In this document: piece after piece, positions 51,480-64,000 of the stretch
How positions within the stretch are numbered: position 1 is the first letter of the stretch
Layout: every line of letters starts with the position of its first letter
Assembly: GCF_018350175.1 (NCBI RefSeq)
Contig: NC_058368.1
Coordinates: 214,336,001 to 214,400,000, forward strand
Direction: 5' to 3'
From: Felis catus
Lineage: Eukaryota
Length of the DNA stretch: 64,000 nt
Made by a program: the position numbers and the translations under genes
The notes under the pieces: model-generated
The model's input: the letters and a program-made list of their open reading frames with translations, nothing else
The model's database searches: none
What the model was told of the DNA's origin: nothing

Positions 51480-53130
51480 ACCTAAGTGGCAACATTTCAT
51501 CACTTTCCATTCACTCCTCAGTCTACTCTAGTCTGGCTCTTTCTTTCTTTATTTCAGCAAACTGTTTTTCTCTGAGCCCATGAGTGAAATCCTCATCTCT
51601 AGATCGATTTTGATATACTTTGCTTCTCAGTAGCAACTGACATCCTGGCCAGTCTCCCTGAAATACTCACTTCCATTGACTTCAGCTTCGTGGGTCTTTC
51701 TTTTACCTTTCAGGCTACACCTTTCCTTTACAGGCTCCCCCCACCCACCTCTTTTGGCCATTTAATATTGAAATTCCTTAAGAATCAGTCATTTACTGCC
51801 TTCTGGCTTTTGTGTATTCTCCCTAGGGTTTCTTATTCATATCTAGTTTGGTTTAATATTGAAATTCCTTAAGAATCAATCATTTACTCCCCTCTGTTTT
51901 TTTGTGTATTCTCCCTAGGATATCTTCTTGATACCTAGTTTAGTTTACCATCTGTATCATAAAAACTCTGAAATTAATATTTTGATCTTAGACTTCTCTT
52001 AGCTCCAATTTTGCATGTATCGTACCTACTTAAAAATCTCTTTTTAGATGTTTCCAAGGGGCCTTAAACTCAGTATGCCTAAAGAAGCATTCATTGCCTC
52101 TGTCCCAAACTCAGCCCTCCTCCTGTGTTTCCTATTGCAGTGAACGTTATACCTCTGACCACATCTCATTCCAGCTTCTTCTCTGTTGTGTTCTAGCTGC
52201 ACTGGCCTGTCTGCCATTCTTTGAGTAAACCAAGAAAACTTTCATCAGAAGACCTCTACACTTCCTTTTCCTTTTGCCTGAAATATCCTGCCTCTAAATC
52301 TTTGCAGGTCTATCCCTGGAAAGTTTCCATTTACTTCTCATCTCCAACATTACTTCCTCATAGAACCTTTCCCCTCAGCACCTTATCTAAAGGAGTGGCT
52401 CCCCTGCCCATGCTCTTCTCTACATTTGCTATTTTTCTTTTTTTATGCATACATATATTTACTGGGATGTTATTTTTATGTATGTATTTCATTTTCCCAA
52501 ACTAGAATCTGAGCTCTAGCTTTTTGTGTTGATCATAACTGTCAAAAATATTGTCTACCAAATACTATACATCAATTTTACTTAGTAGGTCTGAAATTCA
52601 TTCCTCTTTCTCCCACTGCCACTACCCCAGTCTGAGCATCCATCTCTCTTGGATGCAATAGCTTCCTAATTACATCTTTTTGTAAAAAGATGTAATTTTT
52701 ATAAAATGATGTAATTAACTTTATAAAAAGTTAACTTTTTAATACACATATTTCCTGCCCTACAACTAGAGTGAGGTTTTTTACAGAAGCAGGTCTGATA
52801 ATGCTTCTTTACTTCTTAAAAGCATTCAAGCATTTCCCCATTATTCTTATGATAATGATAAAAATCTTTAACATGTGTTATAAAGCCATGAGTGATCTTC
52901 TTCATCTCTTACTGCTTTTCAAACCCTTGGTCTCTTTCTTCGTATTACTGTGGTGCTCTGAAAGTTCTTCAAATGCACCGTTTTTTTGCCATCTTGAAAT
53001 CTTTCATATTTTTCTTTGCTTTGGAAGTTTCTTCAACTGTACTCATTCCCGGCTCTGGACTTTACCTGGTTAATTCTTACTTCTCAAATTTCAGTCCAAA
53101 GTTCCAAAATACTATGTCCAGCAAAGTGCT
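51480..53130 (+). mobile_element. L2 LINE relic(s)
   Basis: Pyrimidine-rich L2-like motifs (CTCAGTAGCAACTGACA, CCTTAAACTCAGTATGCCTAAA, CCCACTGCCACTACCCCAGTCTGAGC). Boundaries approximate. Confidence 0.6.
51761..51943. repeat. Tandem duplication, period 91 bp
   Basis: TTTAATATTGAAATTCCTTAAGAATCA..TCATTTACT..TTTTGTGTATTCTCCCTAGG occurs at 51761 and 51852. Confidence 0.9.
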
Positions 53131-53251
53131 ATGTGCTAAAATATAATGGTAATCTACTTTCTTACCCTTTAATCTAGAACAGAAACCTGATTTAAACTCA
53201 CTGGGCTCCCCAAACTAACTCTTTCTAACCCTATTAGCCTTTTCACTATTT

Positions 53252-53255
<4 letters not shown>

Positions 53256-53307
<52 letters not shown>

Positions 53308-53434
53308 CACACACACCCACACACACACATACACACATACATATATACATATATATGTATATATATACACACACACATATATGTATGTATATACATACAA
53401 TTTATACAAATATATATATATATATATATATATA
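53256..53434. repeat. (TA)n/(CA)n compound microsatellite
   Basis: Seen directly. Confidence 0.95.
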
Positions 53435-56139
53435 AATGAATTTATGGGATTGTTTTTTATCTTTCTCAGCTTCACAAAGCTTCATGGTGTGCCATACAGA
53501 TTTGTGGGATGAATGAATGTATCATGTCCATTCAATAAACACTTCTTGGATACCATGGTACCTATTAGAATTCAAACTTGACTTCAGTAATTAATATGAT
53601 AATATTTTATGTATTTGTTAAATATCTACAATGAAGATAATTCCCTGGTTAAAATTTGAAGAATCTGTTATTACACACTTAGCTCGAGCTTTATATTCTG
53701 TAAAATTTTTTTTCTTTCTCTTGTATAATCGAAGTTTCATTTCTCTGCATATCTCTAATTAGATCTAATAGGAATCTTGCTTGTGCTCTTGTTTATAATA
53801 TCCTTTGATGAAATTGCAACTTGGTCAAATATAATCCTGATTGAATGGGCTCAGTGGTCTTTGCCACAAGCATTTAAGCTAATCTGTTGGCAACGTGGAG
53901 AGAACACATTTCTTTCTATTTGGCAGGATGTTAACTCATTTCAGCCATCGAAACTACAATTTTCTGAATGGTATCCTAGTGGCTTGCAAAAGTTAATGCA
54001 GGTTTCCTTTCCCTTTCTCATGCCAATGGTACAATTTACACACTGAGAATCTGGCTAGACGTACATTGAATTAAACCAATGCCTGATGTAAAACATGATG
54101 AGTTCAGTTGAGTAAGTGTGTTTTGAATTGTCTTCTGTGAAAACTCTTCTTTTTAGCACTAGTGGGGGATAGAATAAAAGGTCAGGATTTTCAATAAATT
54201 TGTAGTCTTATCGGGATAATAAAACTTACATTTCCCTGGGGACTTCATGCCATCATCAAATAGTATTGTTTATTTTTGACTTCTTCCAAAAACTGATTCC
54301 CTGTTTCAAATCCCTCCTCTGTAAGAAGGCCACCGTTTATGTGATTACTCAATTTTGAAATCTTGGAATTCTATCAGGCTAATCTCTTTTCTTTTATACC
54401 ATGCATCTGGTAGGTCATCATGTGGTTATCTCTTACTCTTCAAAACTTACTTTCTCTTTTAACTCCATCATTTGCATTTCTCTGACCTACATTGCTTCTT
54501 TCCTCTACATTGAAAACATAGATTTCTAAATGATTTTATAAAGTTGGAAATGAAATGTTATTCACATAGACAAAAATGTAAATGGCACCCCACAGGGTCT
54601 GCAAAGAGGTGGCTCTCCTACAGAGCCAGCCAACCAGTTTTAAGTTGGTTTTCAAGTGTTTGATCCCTTCAAATGAAAAGAAATTCGCCACTTAATTAAT
54701 TTTAAGGTTTGGTATCTCTGACGGTAGTAATATCTTCCTACAATGAATGGAAACCCATCGCTTCTTTTTTGTTCTTTCTGTTTCTTCCATTTGACAATCT
54801 AAATATTTAGAGAAACTGCAGTTTCTGAACATCATCAGATACTTTTTTCTAATTGTTTCTCATAAGGTGAAGTGTCTAGACACCCTCAAACTCCCTTGAG
54901 CTGGGATAGTGTAGAATGCATTTCTGTGGATTTTAATATTTTTTTCTACAATTTTTTTTGTTTTCTCATAACTGGATTTAGTTTTACCCAAGGTACTACT
55001 AAATTCAGTTTAATTTAATATTGTAAAGATAATATATTTTAAGATATTTGTTTCTAAATGTGGTAAAGGGAAAAAAAAACCCATTCTGGGCAGAAGGGTA
55101 CTTGAGCCTAAATCCAACAGATTCTACATTCCTCAAAACAATTAGTTGATAAAGTTTTCATTGTAGTTATCATACAAGGCTAAAGAAACCAGTACTCTAC
55201 ATTTGATAAAGTTTAACAAACTCAGTAAAATTTGAGCCTTTGCACTATAGTAAAATCTGAGGAAGTAACTTTATTTTTATCTCTAGCATGAATCTTTATT
55301 AATATTTCTAGGTATAAAATATACTTGAAGTGACAAGTTGGACTTTGAATAATTGGTTAATATAGCAAGTATTCTGTGCTTTGGAAGTTGGGACACTTTA
55401 TACAGGATAACTTCAAGAAAATCAATACAATATTTCAGATATCCTCCTTGTTAAAACATTGCTCATTTTCCAACAAGAGACATAAAAAAACTCAAAAGCG
55501 GATTTTTTTGTTTTGTTCCCAGTATGCTTTCAGGAGATAAGAATGATATTATCTCAATGCCTTTTCCTTTGGAATATGATAAAAAACAAATAATTATTTA
55601 GGATACAAATCGTGAGAACTAGTTTATAAAAGCAGCCTATCTGATTTGTTGAGCACCCGCCTTGCAATTATAACTGTTCATATGATTTCTGTAATCCAGA
55701 GGCAAAAGGAAGAGAACATAGCTACAGAATATGCAATTGCAGGAGAGACAGCCTTCTTCCTATTCTCTGTCATTGTGGTGAACGGTAATATAACTTCAGG
55801 GACAGGACTTTGTAAAGGAAACAGAGTATCCTTTATTTTTTCATATCAGCCTTGTAAAGCAGGGACCATTTTGATAAACTTAGGTCAAGTAACCTAGGGG
55901 GCATAACATCAAGCTCTCTCTGGCAGAACCAGGGAGAACCTCTTTGTACATCTTCGTATCAAGTATATTAATGCTGTTTATTTTAGTACCTACATTTTTG
56001 AATGCATTAAAGTGTTTGAATTCTTCCCTTACCAGTGTACTTCCATTTATATTCAAACATCCCCAGTGATGTACTGATTGACACATGCGGTGGGTGTGTT
56101 TCTGTCATTCTCTTATTGAAACACTTGTGGCACGGTTTA

Positions 56140-56928
56140 GATGAACTCCTGCAGAGGGTGGGTCAGCAGGAGAATGCAGGGGAAGGCCATGCAGTGTTAG
56201 CAAGGTTTGCCTTTGTTTGTTATGGGAGGGGACCTGGAGCCACTTTAGAAAACTCCTTTGGCCAGGCTGGAGGGGTAAGCAGGCAGGAGAGCAGAGGGGC
56301 AGGGCCCCGGTGCCACCAAGGTCCACGGTGGTTTGCTTGGTGATGGGATCTGTAGTTGCCTGAGAAAACTCCTGCCCTTCCAGCACATGTTCTGAGATGA
56401 GTAAACAAATCTTCCCTGTATTATACCCCAGGCAGTTTTTAAACTTCTGCTTCTATGCTGTAGCTCCCACAGGAGCTGTTTGTTGTGCCGTCTCTTTAAG
56501 GATGGGGACTCAGTTTCCTCTTGCCCTCTGGGCTCCCCCAGAGTAGCCAGCTGATTTGTAAAGTTCTAGATGTTAAGTCCTGCTGATCAAAAGAACTTGC
56601 AGAGGAAGTTAGGCCCCTCTGGTTTTGAAAACCAAATGTTATGAGCATTTGTCTTCCCAGGGCAAGTCTCTCGTGTGGGGTACCTGGTGTGGGGTCTGAT
56701 CCTCTCCTTTCTCTGCACCCGCAGCATCCCTGTTTGGCTCCTGACTGCATTTTTGCCCTTCCTACCCTCTTGATGTGGCCTCTTCTCTACATTTGGCTGT
56801 GGAGAGTCTGTTCTGCCAGTCTTTGAGTGATTTTCTGGGTTATTTATACTGATGTGGATATTATCTAATTGTGTCCAAGGGATGAGGTGAGCCTAGAGTC
56901 CTCCTACTCCACCATCTTCCACGGAAGT
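56140..56928 (-). mobile_element. Carnivore L1 5'UTR fragment
   Basis: The reverse complement starts ACTTCCGTGGAAGATGGTGGAGTAGGAGGACTCTAGGCTCACCTC, like the carnivore L1 5' terminus with its YY1-type motif. GC-rich; left boundary approximate. Confidence 0.8.
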
Positions 56929-59160
56929 TAATATTCCATTATTAAAAAAAAAGTGTTTATTTATTTGTTTATTTTGAGAGAGAGACAGAATTCTAAGCAG
57001 GCTCCATGCTGTTAGCTAAGAGTCCGATGTGGGACTCAATCTAAGGAACCGTGAGACATGACCTGTGCCCAGATCAAAAGTCCGATGCTGAACTGACTGA
57101 GCCACCCAGGCACCCCTATTCCATTATTTTTATCTTTTCATTTATCAGTGGACACTTAGGTTGTTTCCATGTCTTGGATATTGTAAACAATGCTGCAGTA
57201 AACATGGGAATGTCTAGATCTCTTTGAGATGGTGATTTTCTTTCTTTCAGATACATTCCCCAAAGTGGAATTGCTGGATCATATTTTAGTTCTATTTTTA
57301 CTTTTGGGGGGAACCTTCTAGTAGTTGTATGAATTTACATTCCCACCAATAGCATATAAGGATTCCCTTTTCTCCACATCTTGGCCAGTACTTTTTATAT
57401 CTTGTCTTTTTGATAATAGCCATTGTTAACAGGTGTGAAGTGATATCTCATTGTGATTTTGATTTGTATTTCCCTGATGAATAGCAATGTTGACACCTTT
57501 AATGCACTTGTTGGCCCTTTGAATATCTTCCTTGGAAAAAATGTCTATTCACCTCCTTTGCCCATTTAAACTTTTTATTTTATTTTATTTTATTTTATTC
57601 TTTACAATTGAGTTGTAGTTATTGCTATAAACATTCCTCTTAGAACTGTTTTTGCTGTATCCCATAAATTTTGATAAGTTGTGTTTCCATTTGTAATTCT
57701 CTCAAGATGTTTTTGATTTTTCCTTTGATCTCTTTTTTGACCCATTTCTTGTTCAGGAGTATGTGGCCTAATTTCAACTTTCCAACTTTTCTCCTTTTAT
57801 TGATTTCTAGTTTCATACCATTATGGTCAAAATTTGTTGAGACATGTTTTGTGTCCTAACATGATCTATTCTGGTGAACATTCCATGTACACTAGTGAAG
57901 AATGGGTATGCTGCTGCTCTTGGGTGAAATTTTCTGTATGTCTTTTAGGTCCATTTGGTCTGTAATGTTGTTTCAAATCCACTCATGCCTTATTGGTTCT
58001 GTCTGAATGGTCTATCCATTAATCTTCTAATGGCAGGACTCTGCACTGGTCTCTGCAACCACTCCTGGTTACTGAAGTAACCATGGTTACTGTGCTTTGA
58101 GTTCATGCAGGCCCACAGGCTGTAGCCTCAAGTTGGGCACTCCTGTGAAGAGTGGAGCCGCTGACTGTGCTCTGAGGTCAAGTGGGGTCACTGTCAGGCT
58201 CCCTTGTTGGGTAGAGTTGGAGGCTATGCTGTGTGATCGGGTGTGGTAACTAGCTTTGTTCCCTGTCTGGGATGGTTCTTAGTTGGGTACAGCAATAGAG
58301 AAGGATATTCACTGGGCCCAACTGCAGGGAGAGTGGTGTATGCTGGGCTCTGTGGCTGGGTGGTATCATCTTGGCTGTAAAGCTTCCCTGGTCGCTCTTT
58401 AGGCTGTCTGCCCAAGCACGGTTGCTGGTTGTGCTGTACAGTTTGGTGTATTTTCTGTCTAGGCTTCTTGGTCAGGAGGTGCTGCATGCTATGTTTAGGT
58501 TGGGTGGACCTTCAAATTTACTTCTATCCCTGGAAGAGACTGTAGAACAAGCTCTGCTGCTGATATGGCTCATTGGCTGGGGACCCAAGTCAGGCAAAAC
58601 TGCCAACTGAACTCTCTGGTCAGAAAGGATCACTGACTTGACTCTGTTGATGGGCAGAGCCTCTAGCTAGAATCTCTGTTCAGGCATTGCTACAAGAAAC
58701 AATGAGATCTACCAAGATCTGAGTGTTGGTTGCTGTGACCCCTTCTCCCTTCTCCATCTCTATCTGATCCCCAGGGTCAAGCCCCACAGATTTCCCCTAG
58801 TGATCCCTGAAAAGTAAGACGTGGGTGAGTCTCTCAGGAAGTATGCTCCGGCACTCGGGGAACTAGATGTCCACCTTGGAATCTCTTTCCTGCTGGAGAA
58901 ATTGTAGGCCCAAAATTGTAGGCTCTCTCAGAGCAGCACCAAGATTTCCTTGCGGATGGGCGGTGTGATCAGAGTATAGCTGTTGCTCTTACCATTCTAA
59001 TGTGATCTTCTTGATTCCTGTGGTTCAAGGTAGGTGCTTCAGCCTCACCCCCAGGGTTCTAGAATTTTCACAATGGTGTCTTGTCTATGAATTGTTGCTA
59101 GTTGGTCTTCTTGTGAGGGGGGCTGAAGTCAGGAATCACTGGCACCATCCTGATGACTGA
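56929..59160 (-). mobile_element. Older L1 (L1MA-like) with large internal deletions
   Basis: ORF2 3' part at 56929-57620, ORF2 5' part at ~57620-58020, and a GC-richer 5'UTR-like part at ~58020-59160 ending CACCATCCTGATGAC. Confidence 0.7.
56944..57116 (-). mobile_element. SINEC
   Basis: Perfect TSD TATTCCATTATT at 56932-56943 and 57117-57128. Confidence 0.93.
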
Positions 59161-60401
59161 AAGTGAGATTTCTGCAGGCAGGGGTTGTGACATTCATTTC
59201 ATATAACTTTTACTACCTAATACTGCAACAAGAATAGAGTTGACATTCATCAAATCGTTTTTGAATGAATAGGTCATTTTTTCTTTTTCTTTCACAAAGG
59301 AACAAAATTAAAAGTAAAAATAGATGAAGTTTTATTTAAACACCTATAGTTTACTGTTCAGAAAGAGTCAGATCATTGGCACACAATGGATTTCACCGTT
59401 CCTCTGCTAGTTTTTCTTTATTCCTGTCAGATTTCATAAGGACTATAATAAAACAGAGAAAACATTAAACTGCTGACACTTGAAATATCCTGTTAGAAAA
59501 TCTGATGTTCCCACTATTTTCACTCCCATGGTTCCTGACTGTATTAAGCAAGTTTATTTAAGGGCAACTTAGGTCATGAGAGAACTTACTCTGGGTGACA
59601 GTATACTGAGCCTATGCTTTGTATGTTTCTATCACTCTGCGCTGTAATGAATGAAGCATTTGTTGTGTCTTCTTCTATTTTGTAACTGGGGTACCAGATA
59701 GTTTGGGCCAGATGAGTTCCTCTTACTGTATTACCCTTGCTGCTGGAAATTGGGCCCTTTGGAAACAATCTTCCCAATCAGTTTGAAGATTTTACACAAG
59801 AGTGTAACATAATCAAGTTTGTATTTTGGGAAGATCAATATGGAACCCTTGGGAAGAAAAACTGGGTAAGGGGTGAGAGATCATTGAGAAGACATATAAT
59901 AGCCCAGGCCTAGAACCAAGAAAAAACAATCATGGAGTTGAGACATTGACACAGAAGTTTTAGAAAATAATACTCACCCGTATTTCTCATTATTTTCCCT
60001 TCCACTTTATTTATTTCATTTCATTCTGTTCCTGTTTTTTCCATTCTGTTCCACTGTAAAAATAAATACATTATGATTCAAGAAACCACCAGATTGATTT
60101 TTACAAACTATTAAGAGGTCACAATCCACAGTTTGAAAAATTCTGCTTTAAAAATCCTCCTGAACCTCATATGGATTAAAGGTGAATTCTACTAGTAATA
60201 CCTTTATTGAAAGTAGTCTAGTGTAAGAGTTTCTAGGAGACTAATTAGGGCCCAGTGGATCTTCATGCAGGAATATTGCTGAGGAGCTCTAAACCAGTTA
60301 GTTAATCATTTATTAATTTCCCATTCAGCCAGTGGGTATTTATGGACTCTACTCCTACTCTAGGGCACTGTGCTGGTTGTTGGGGATAAAGCGCTCAACA
60401 C

Positions 60402-60964
60402 AGGGCAGGTCCAGAGTTTGTGGGGCTTGACACTTACATAATTTGGTGACTCATTTTAAGACAAATAATGTAAAATTGCAAATATAAAATTGATGCCAAA
60501 GTCATTATTTATTTTGGAAGAAAAAAGATCATACATATTCTTTTTTTTTTTTTTTTTTTTAGTGTTTATTTTTGAGATAGAGAGACAGAGTGTGAACAGG
60601 GGAGAGGCAGAGAGAGAGGGAGACACAGAATCTGAAGCAGGCTCTCGTCTCTGAGCCTGATATGGAGCTTGAACTCACAAACCATGAGATCATGACCTGA
60701 GCCAAAGTCGGACGCTCAACCAACCGAGCCACCCAGGTGCCCCCACACCATATTCTTAAAGCCTCAGGACCCTTTTGTCTAAGATCCTTGTAGGGAATTT
60801 ACCCTACATAAAAATGTTTATACAGTAATGCTTACTGATTGCAGTCTTGCTCCCCTCCTCACCTGGAACATCCTGCGGCCCCCACGGTTGCACAACTCAC
60901 AGGGGCCTGGGTGAGCAAATGGATCACAACCCGATATTCATTAGCTTTAAAGTCAATGCATCTG
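60402..60964 (+). mobile_element. MER115/Zaphod-like hAT-Tip100 element inside an L2 relic
   Basis: Start CAGGGCAGGTCCAGAGTTTGTGGGGCTTGA and end TTCATTAGCTTTAAAGTCAATGCATCTG resemble the recalled termini. Confidence 0.6.
60543..60743 (-). mobile_element. SINEC
   Basis: SINEC head and tail. Core TSD CATATTCTT at 60534-60542 and 60749-60757. Confidence 0.93.
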
Positions 60965-61666
60965 TGTTTAGCTTCTGTGTAAACAGTATCAACATGGGCA
61001 AAGCAGACAAATTAAAAGACTAGTCCTACAATACATTACTCATGTATTTTGTGAGACAGAGAAATACAGACTAGGAGAACATAAAATAGGGAAATGAGAC
61101 CTAGCCTTCAGCAGAGGGAAGACTTTCCTAAGGAAAGGCCAGCTGGAGAGAAAGAGTACAAGCTCATGTGCTGTAATCAGATCTCAGGACTGGTGCTGGT
61201 TTGGAGACTGACACCAGACCACAAGAAGACACATCCAGAAACTCAGAATAAGTGTCTGGAACCTTTTAGAACAACTTGAAGAAGTAATTCTGTATCTATT
61301 ACATCTGATAATACGGTTTAAGCTTGCATTTTGCATGCTTTTAAAACAAATGTTCTTTTCCTCCAAATTCATTTTTTCTTATATTTACAGAAGCGTGAAT
61401 CTGCACAGACTTTAGGAAAAAAAAAACCAAAAACCTGGCTCTTCCTCATTGGTACACTGAGAAGCTCTGTCAGAGACCCTTCTTACAGCTGAACCCCACT
61501 TTTCTCTGCTTTCTGCCATTCTTAGAATAAATAAAATTAAATCAATAATAAATAAATAATAAATTAATTAAATAAAATAAGTAAAATTAAAGAGAAAATA
61601 AAACACGATTTGGAGTAAGGACTAGACATCAATAAATATTATCATTACCTTAAAACAGAAAGCTTT

Positions 61667-61847
61667 TGGTGTACCTGGGTGGCTCAGTCAGTTAAGCATC
61701 CTACTCTTGATTTTAGCTCAGGTCATGATCTCGCAATTTGTGGGATTGAGCCCTGCGTAGATCTCTGCACTGACATCAAGGAGCCTATTGGATTCTCTCT
61801 TTCTCTGCTCCTCCCCCCTCAAAATAAATAAATAAACGTGAAAAAAT
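61667..61847 (+). mobile_element. SINEC (older type)
   Basis: TSD AAAACAGAAAGCTTT 61652-61666 / AAAACAGAAAACTCT 61848-61862. Confidence 0.92.
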
Positions 61848-63944
61848 AAAACAGAAAACTCTAAGTAAATCAGAATGATATTTTAAAAATAGGATAGGAA
61901 AGTTAAGAAAAACTCAAAAAAGGGAATGAAAAATTAGGATGTGGTAGCTTTTAAAAAATGTATCAAGTAATTAAGAGGATAAATCACCGCATAATATGAC
62001 TTAACACAGAAAGAGTTCAAATGACAATGGAATTTTTCAGTTAGGAGCTAAAAACTAAATGGATGCCCATGTACTCCCAACACCAGGTTTGTTCTCTGGC
62101 TGAGAGCCAGAGATGGTAGAGATGGATTCCTTGATTTTGTCCTGGGTGCTTGACAGTCCCCACATCCATATTGCTTTAAAATCCCAAGCAGGGAGGAGAC
62201 ACCAAATTCTCTCAGTGCAGGATGTGTCTATCGCCATGTCTCCAGTGTGCAATCTGCAGCAACTCCATTGGATTGTCCGATATCCCCGTGAAAGTTGATC
62301 AAACGGTGATGTAGTGATCACCTTCTCAGATGATTCAACAGAACATCTATTAGAAATACAAGGACAATGTATTCTAATTTTCAGAATCCACAGCAAATTA
62401 ACTTTTTGGTGTTTATGAACTAGGAAAGAGTTTGCTTCTAAACATTTAATTTCATTTCACAGTGGTCAGCAAAAGAATGTTTAGGCATTGAAGGAAGAGA
62501 TACGCATTTTACCTTAAACATAAGCCTTTACCTTACCTTTAAAATAATTTCTAAGTGTTCAGGAGAATTTAACCTTTCATACCATTTTTATTAGATTTAT
62601 AGACAGAAAAAGTAAGAAACCAGTATCACATTTATATTGAGAATTTCTCACTTGTTTTCTCAATCTCCTCTGTTTTAAGCTTATCACATATTTTCTACTT
62701 TAAAAAAACATTGTTTTAACATGAGCCCTGATTTCTCAAGTAAAATTTATATAATTCCTTTCATCAGTAAAATAGTGAAAATTTGGTTATCTCAAGAAAT
62801 GCTTTATTAATGTAGTACAAAACACACTATTTTTTAATAAGTTGCTTATCATAAAGAATATTTAAAGTATTATTTTTTTCAGTTGAGCTAAACTAGCAAA
62901 CTATCTAATCATGTGCTTACCTCTGTAAGCTCCTAATTCTTACAGGGTATATTACATCCTTCTAAAACTAATTCATAATTTTGTCAATTATTTTTCTTGA
63001 CAGATTTAGAACATTGTATATTGGGTGCATTTAAAAGTGTTCCTATATTTACAAAATAGCAGGAAGGGATGACTTTTTTATTGTAGCATTCTTCAGCCAT
63101 TATGTCATAATTGCTTAATTTAGACAAAGTAATGCCATGTCACAGTAGTAATTTAGCAAAGATAAATCACATTTTTGCTAGGTTGTTCTCCCTCTGTGTA
63201 GTAAGAATTATACATTCATATGGAGCTGGTGAAATTTATAAATGGGGTCTTCTTTGAACTGAATTTGAAGGAAAAGAAAATCTTAACTGAGATTAATACA
63301 GAAAAGATTTGTGTTTACCTGCATTTTCTGTTTTTGTTATTAATGTTTGTGTAAGTCACTTAAATTACAGAAAACTGGCAAACTTTTAGAGACATGTCCT
63401 ATGCCAAAACTGGGGCACATGGATTGCAGATAATTTATTTGAATCATTGAAAATACACCTGTCAACAGGAAAGGAAACACAGAGGACTTGGGTCTCTGTT
63501 GGATAGAATTTTCTTTTACAAGAGTTTTCTTTGTTCATTTTGTACCATGACACAGAAATGTAAATGTCTCTTGGATAAATTGATGTTGATGGCATTTTCA
63601 TAAGTCGCACTTTCTCGAATGCTCTCTGGTCACAGTATTTGGAAAGTGTGAAAACTATAGACAATTTTATGTTGGTTAGCATACTGCATAATCATTTGTC
63701 CAATAGCATCAAGGAAGGAAGGAAGAAAGGAAGGAAGGAAGGACTAAATGATACTGGGGGGGGGGGGGTACTGGAACCTTGATTACAAGTCACCAAACCC
63801 CTTGAAATATTTAGGATTTGCTAGAAATTGAGTCTTTCCATGGACTTATTAATTTGAATAGTGTGATAAATTGGTCAAGTCCATTTCCCAGACTCTTGGA
63901 AGAATTTTTTTGAAAACAATAGCACTACATGGTTGTATACTTTA

Positions 63945-64000
63945 ATTTTTTTTTTTTTAATTTTTTTTTTCAACGTTTATTTATTTTTGGGACAGAGAGA
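63945..64000 (-). mobile_element. Young feline SINEC tail, cut by the window end
   Basis: TTTTTTTTTTCAACGTTTATTTATTTTTGGGACAGAGAGA is characteristic of young cat SINEC copies. Confidence 0.85.

Noticed and set aside
48503..51531. ORFs with reverse-transcriptase and ORF2p similarity as a functional gene
   Set aside because: They are fragments of a broken L1: frameshifts, stops, FADD changed to FAHD, an inversion and a SINE insertion.
56035..56930. GC-rich block as a cellular CpG-island promoter or coding exon
   Set aside because: It is explained by an L1 5'UTR, and its CpGs are largely decayed.

Overview
AT-rich mammalian genomic DNA, almost certainly from a cat or another felid. It carries 16 carnivore tRNA-derived SINEs (SINEC/Can-SINE, feline type) and several carnivore L1s. 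I cannot support any cellular protein-coding exon or name a gene. The recognisable ORFs in the track are L1 ORF2p fragments, and the rest are microsatellite or SINE read-throughs or chance ORFs. The window is a mosaic of young SINEC and L1 insertions (many with readable target-site duplications, TSDs), older MaLR/ERV1 LTRs, hAT DNA transposons, and MIR/L2/L3 relics. SINEs (13 of 16) and LTRs (5 of 6) lie mostly on the minus strand, which suggests a long intron of a + strand gene. The first ~9.4 kb lacks young insertions and holds a candidate alternative promoter/first exon at ~7.9-8.3 kb. The most unusual structures are retrotransposition oddities: two twin-primed 5'-inverted L1s, an L1 carrying a 63-bp copy of its own 3' end near its 5' junction, a target site triplicated by two SINEs, a tail-only insertion, a four-layer nest, and an orphan L1 5'UTR. 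I found no convincing evidence of a new biological system. Repeat subfamily names come from my recall of consensus sequences and should be confirmed with RepeatMasker/Dfam.
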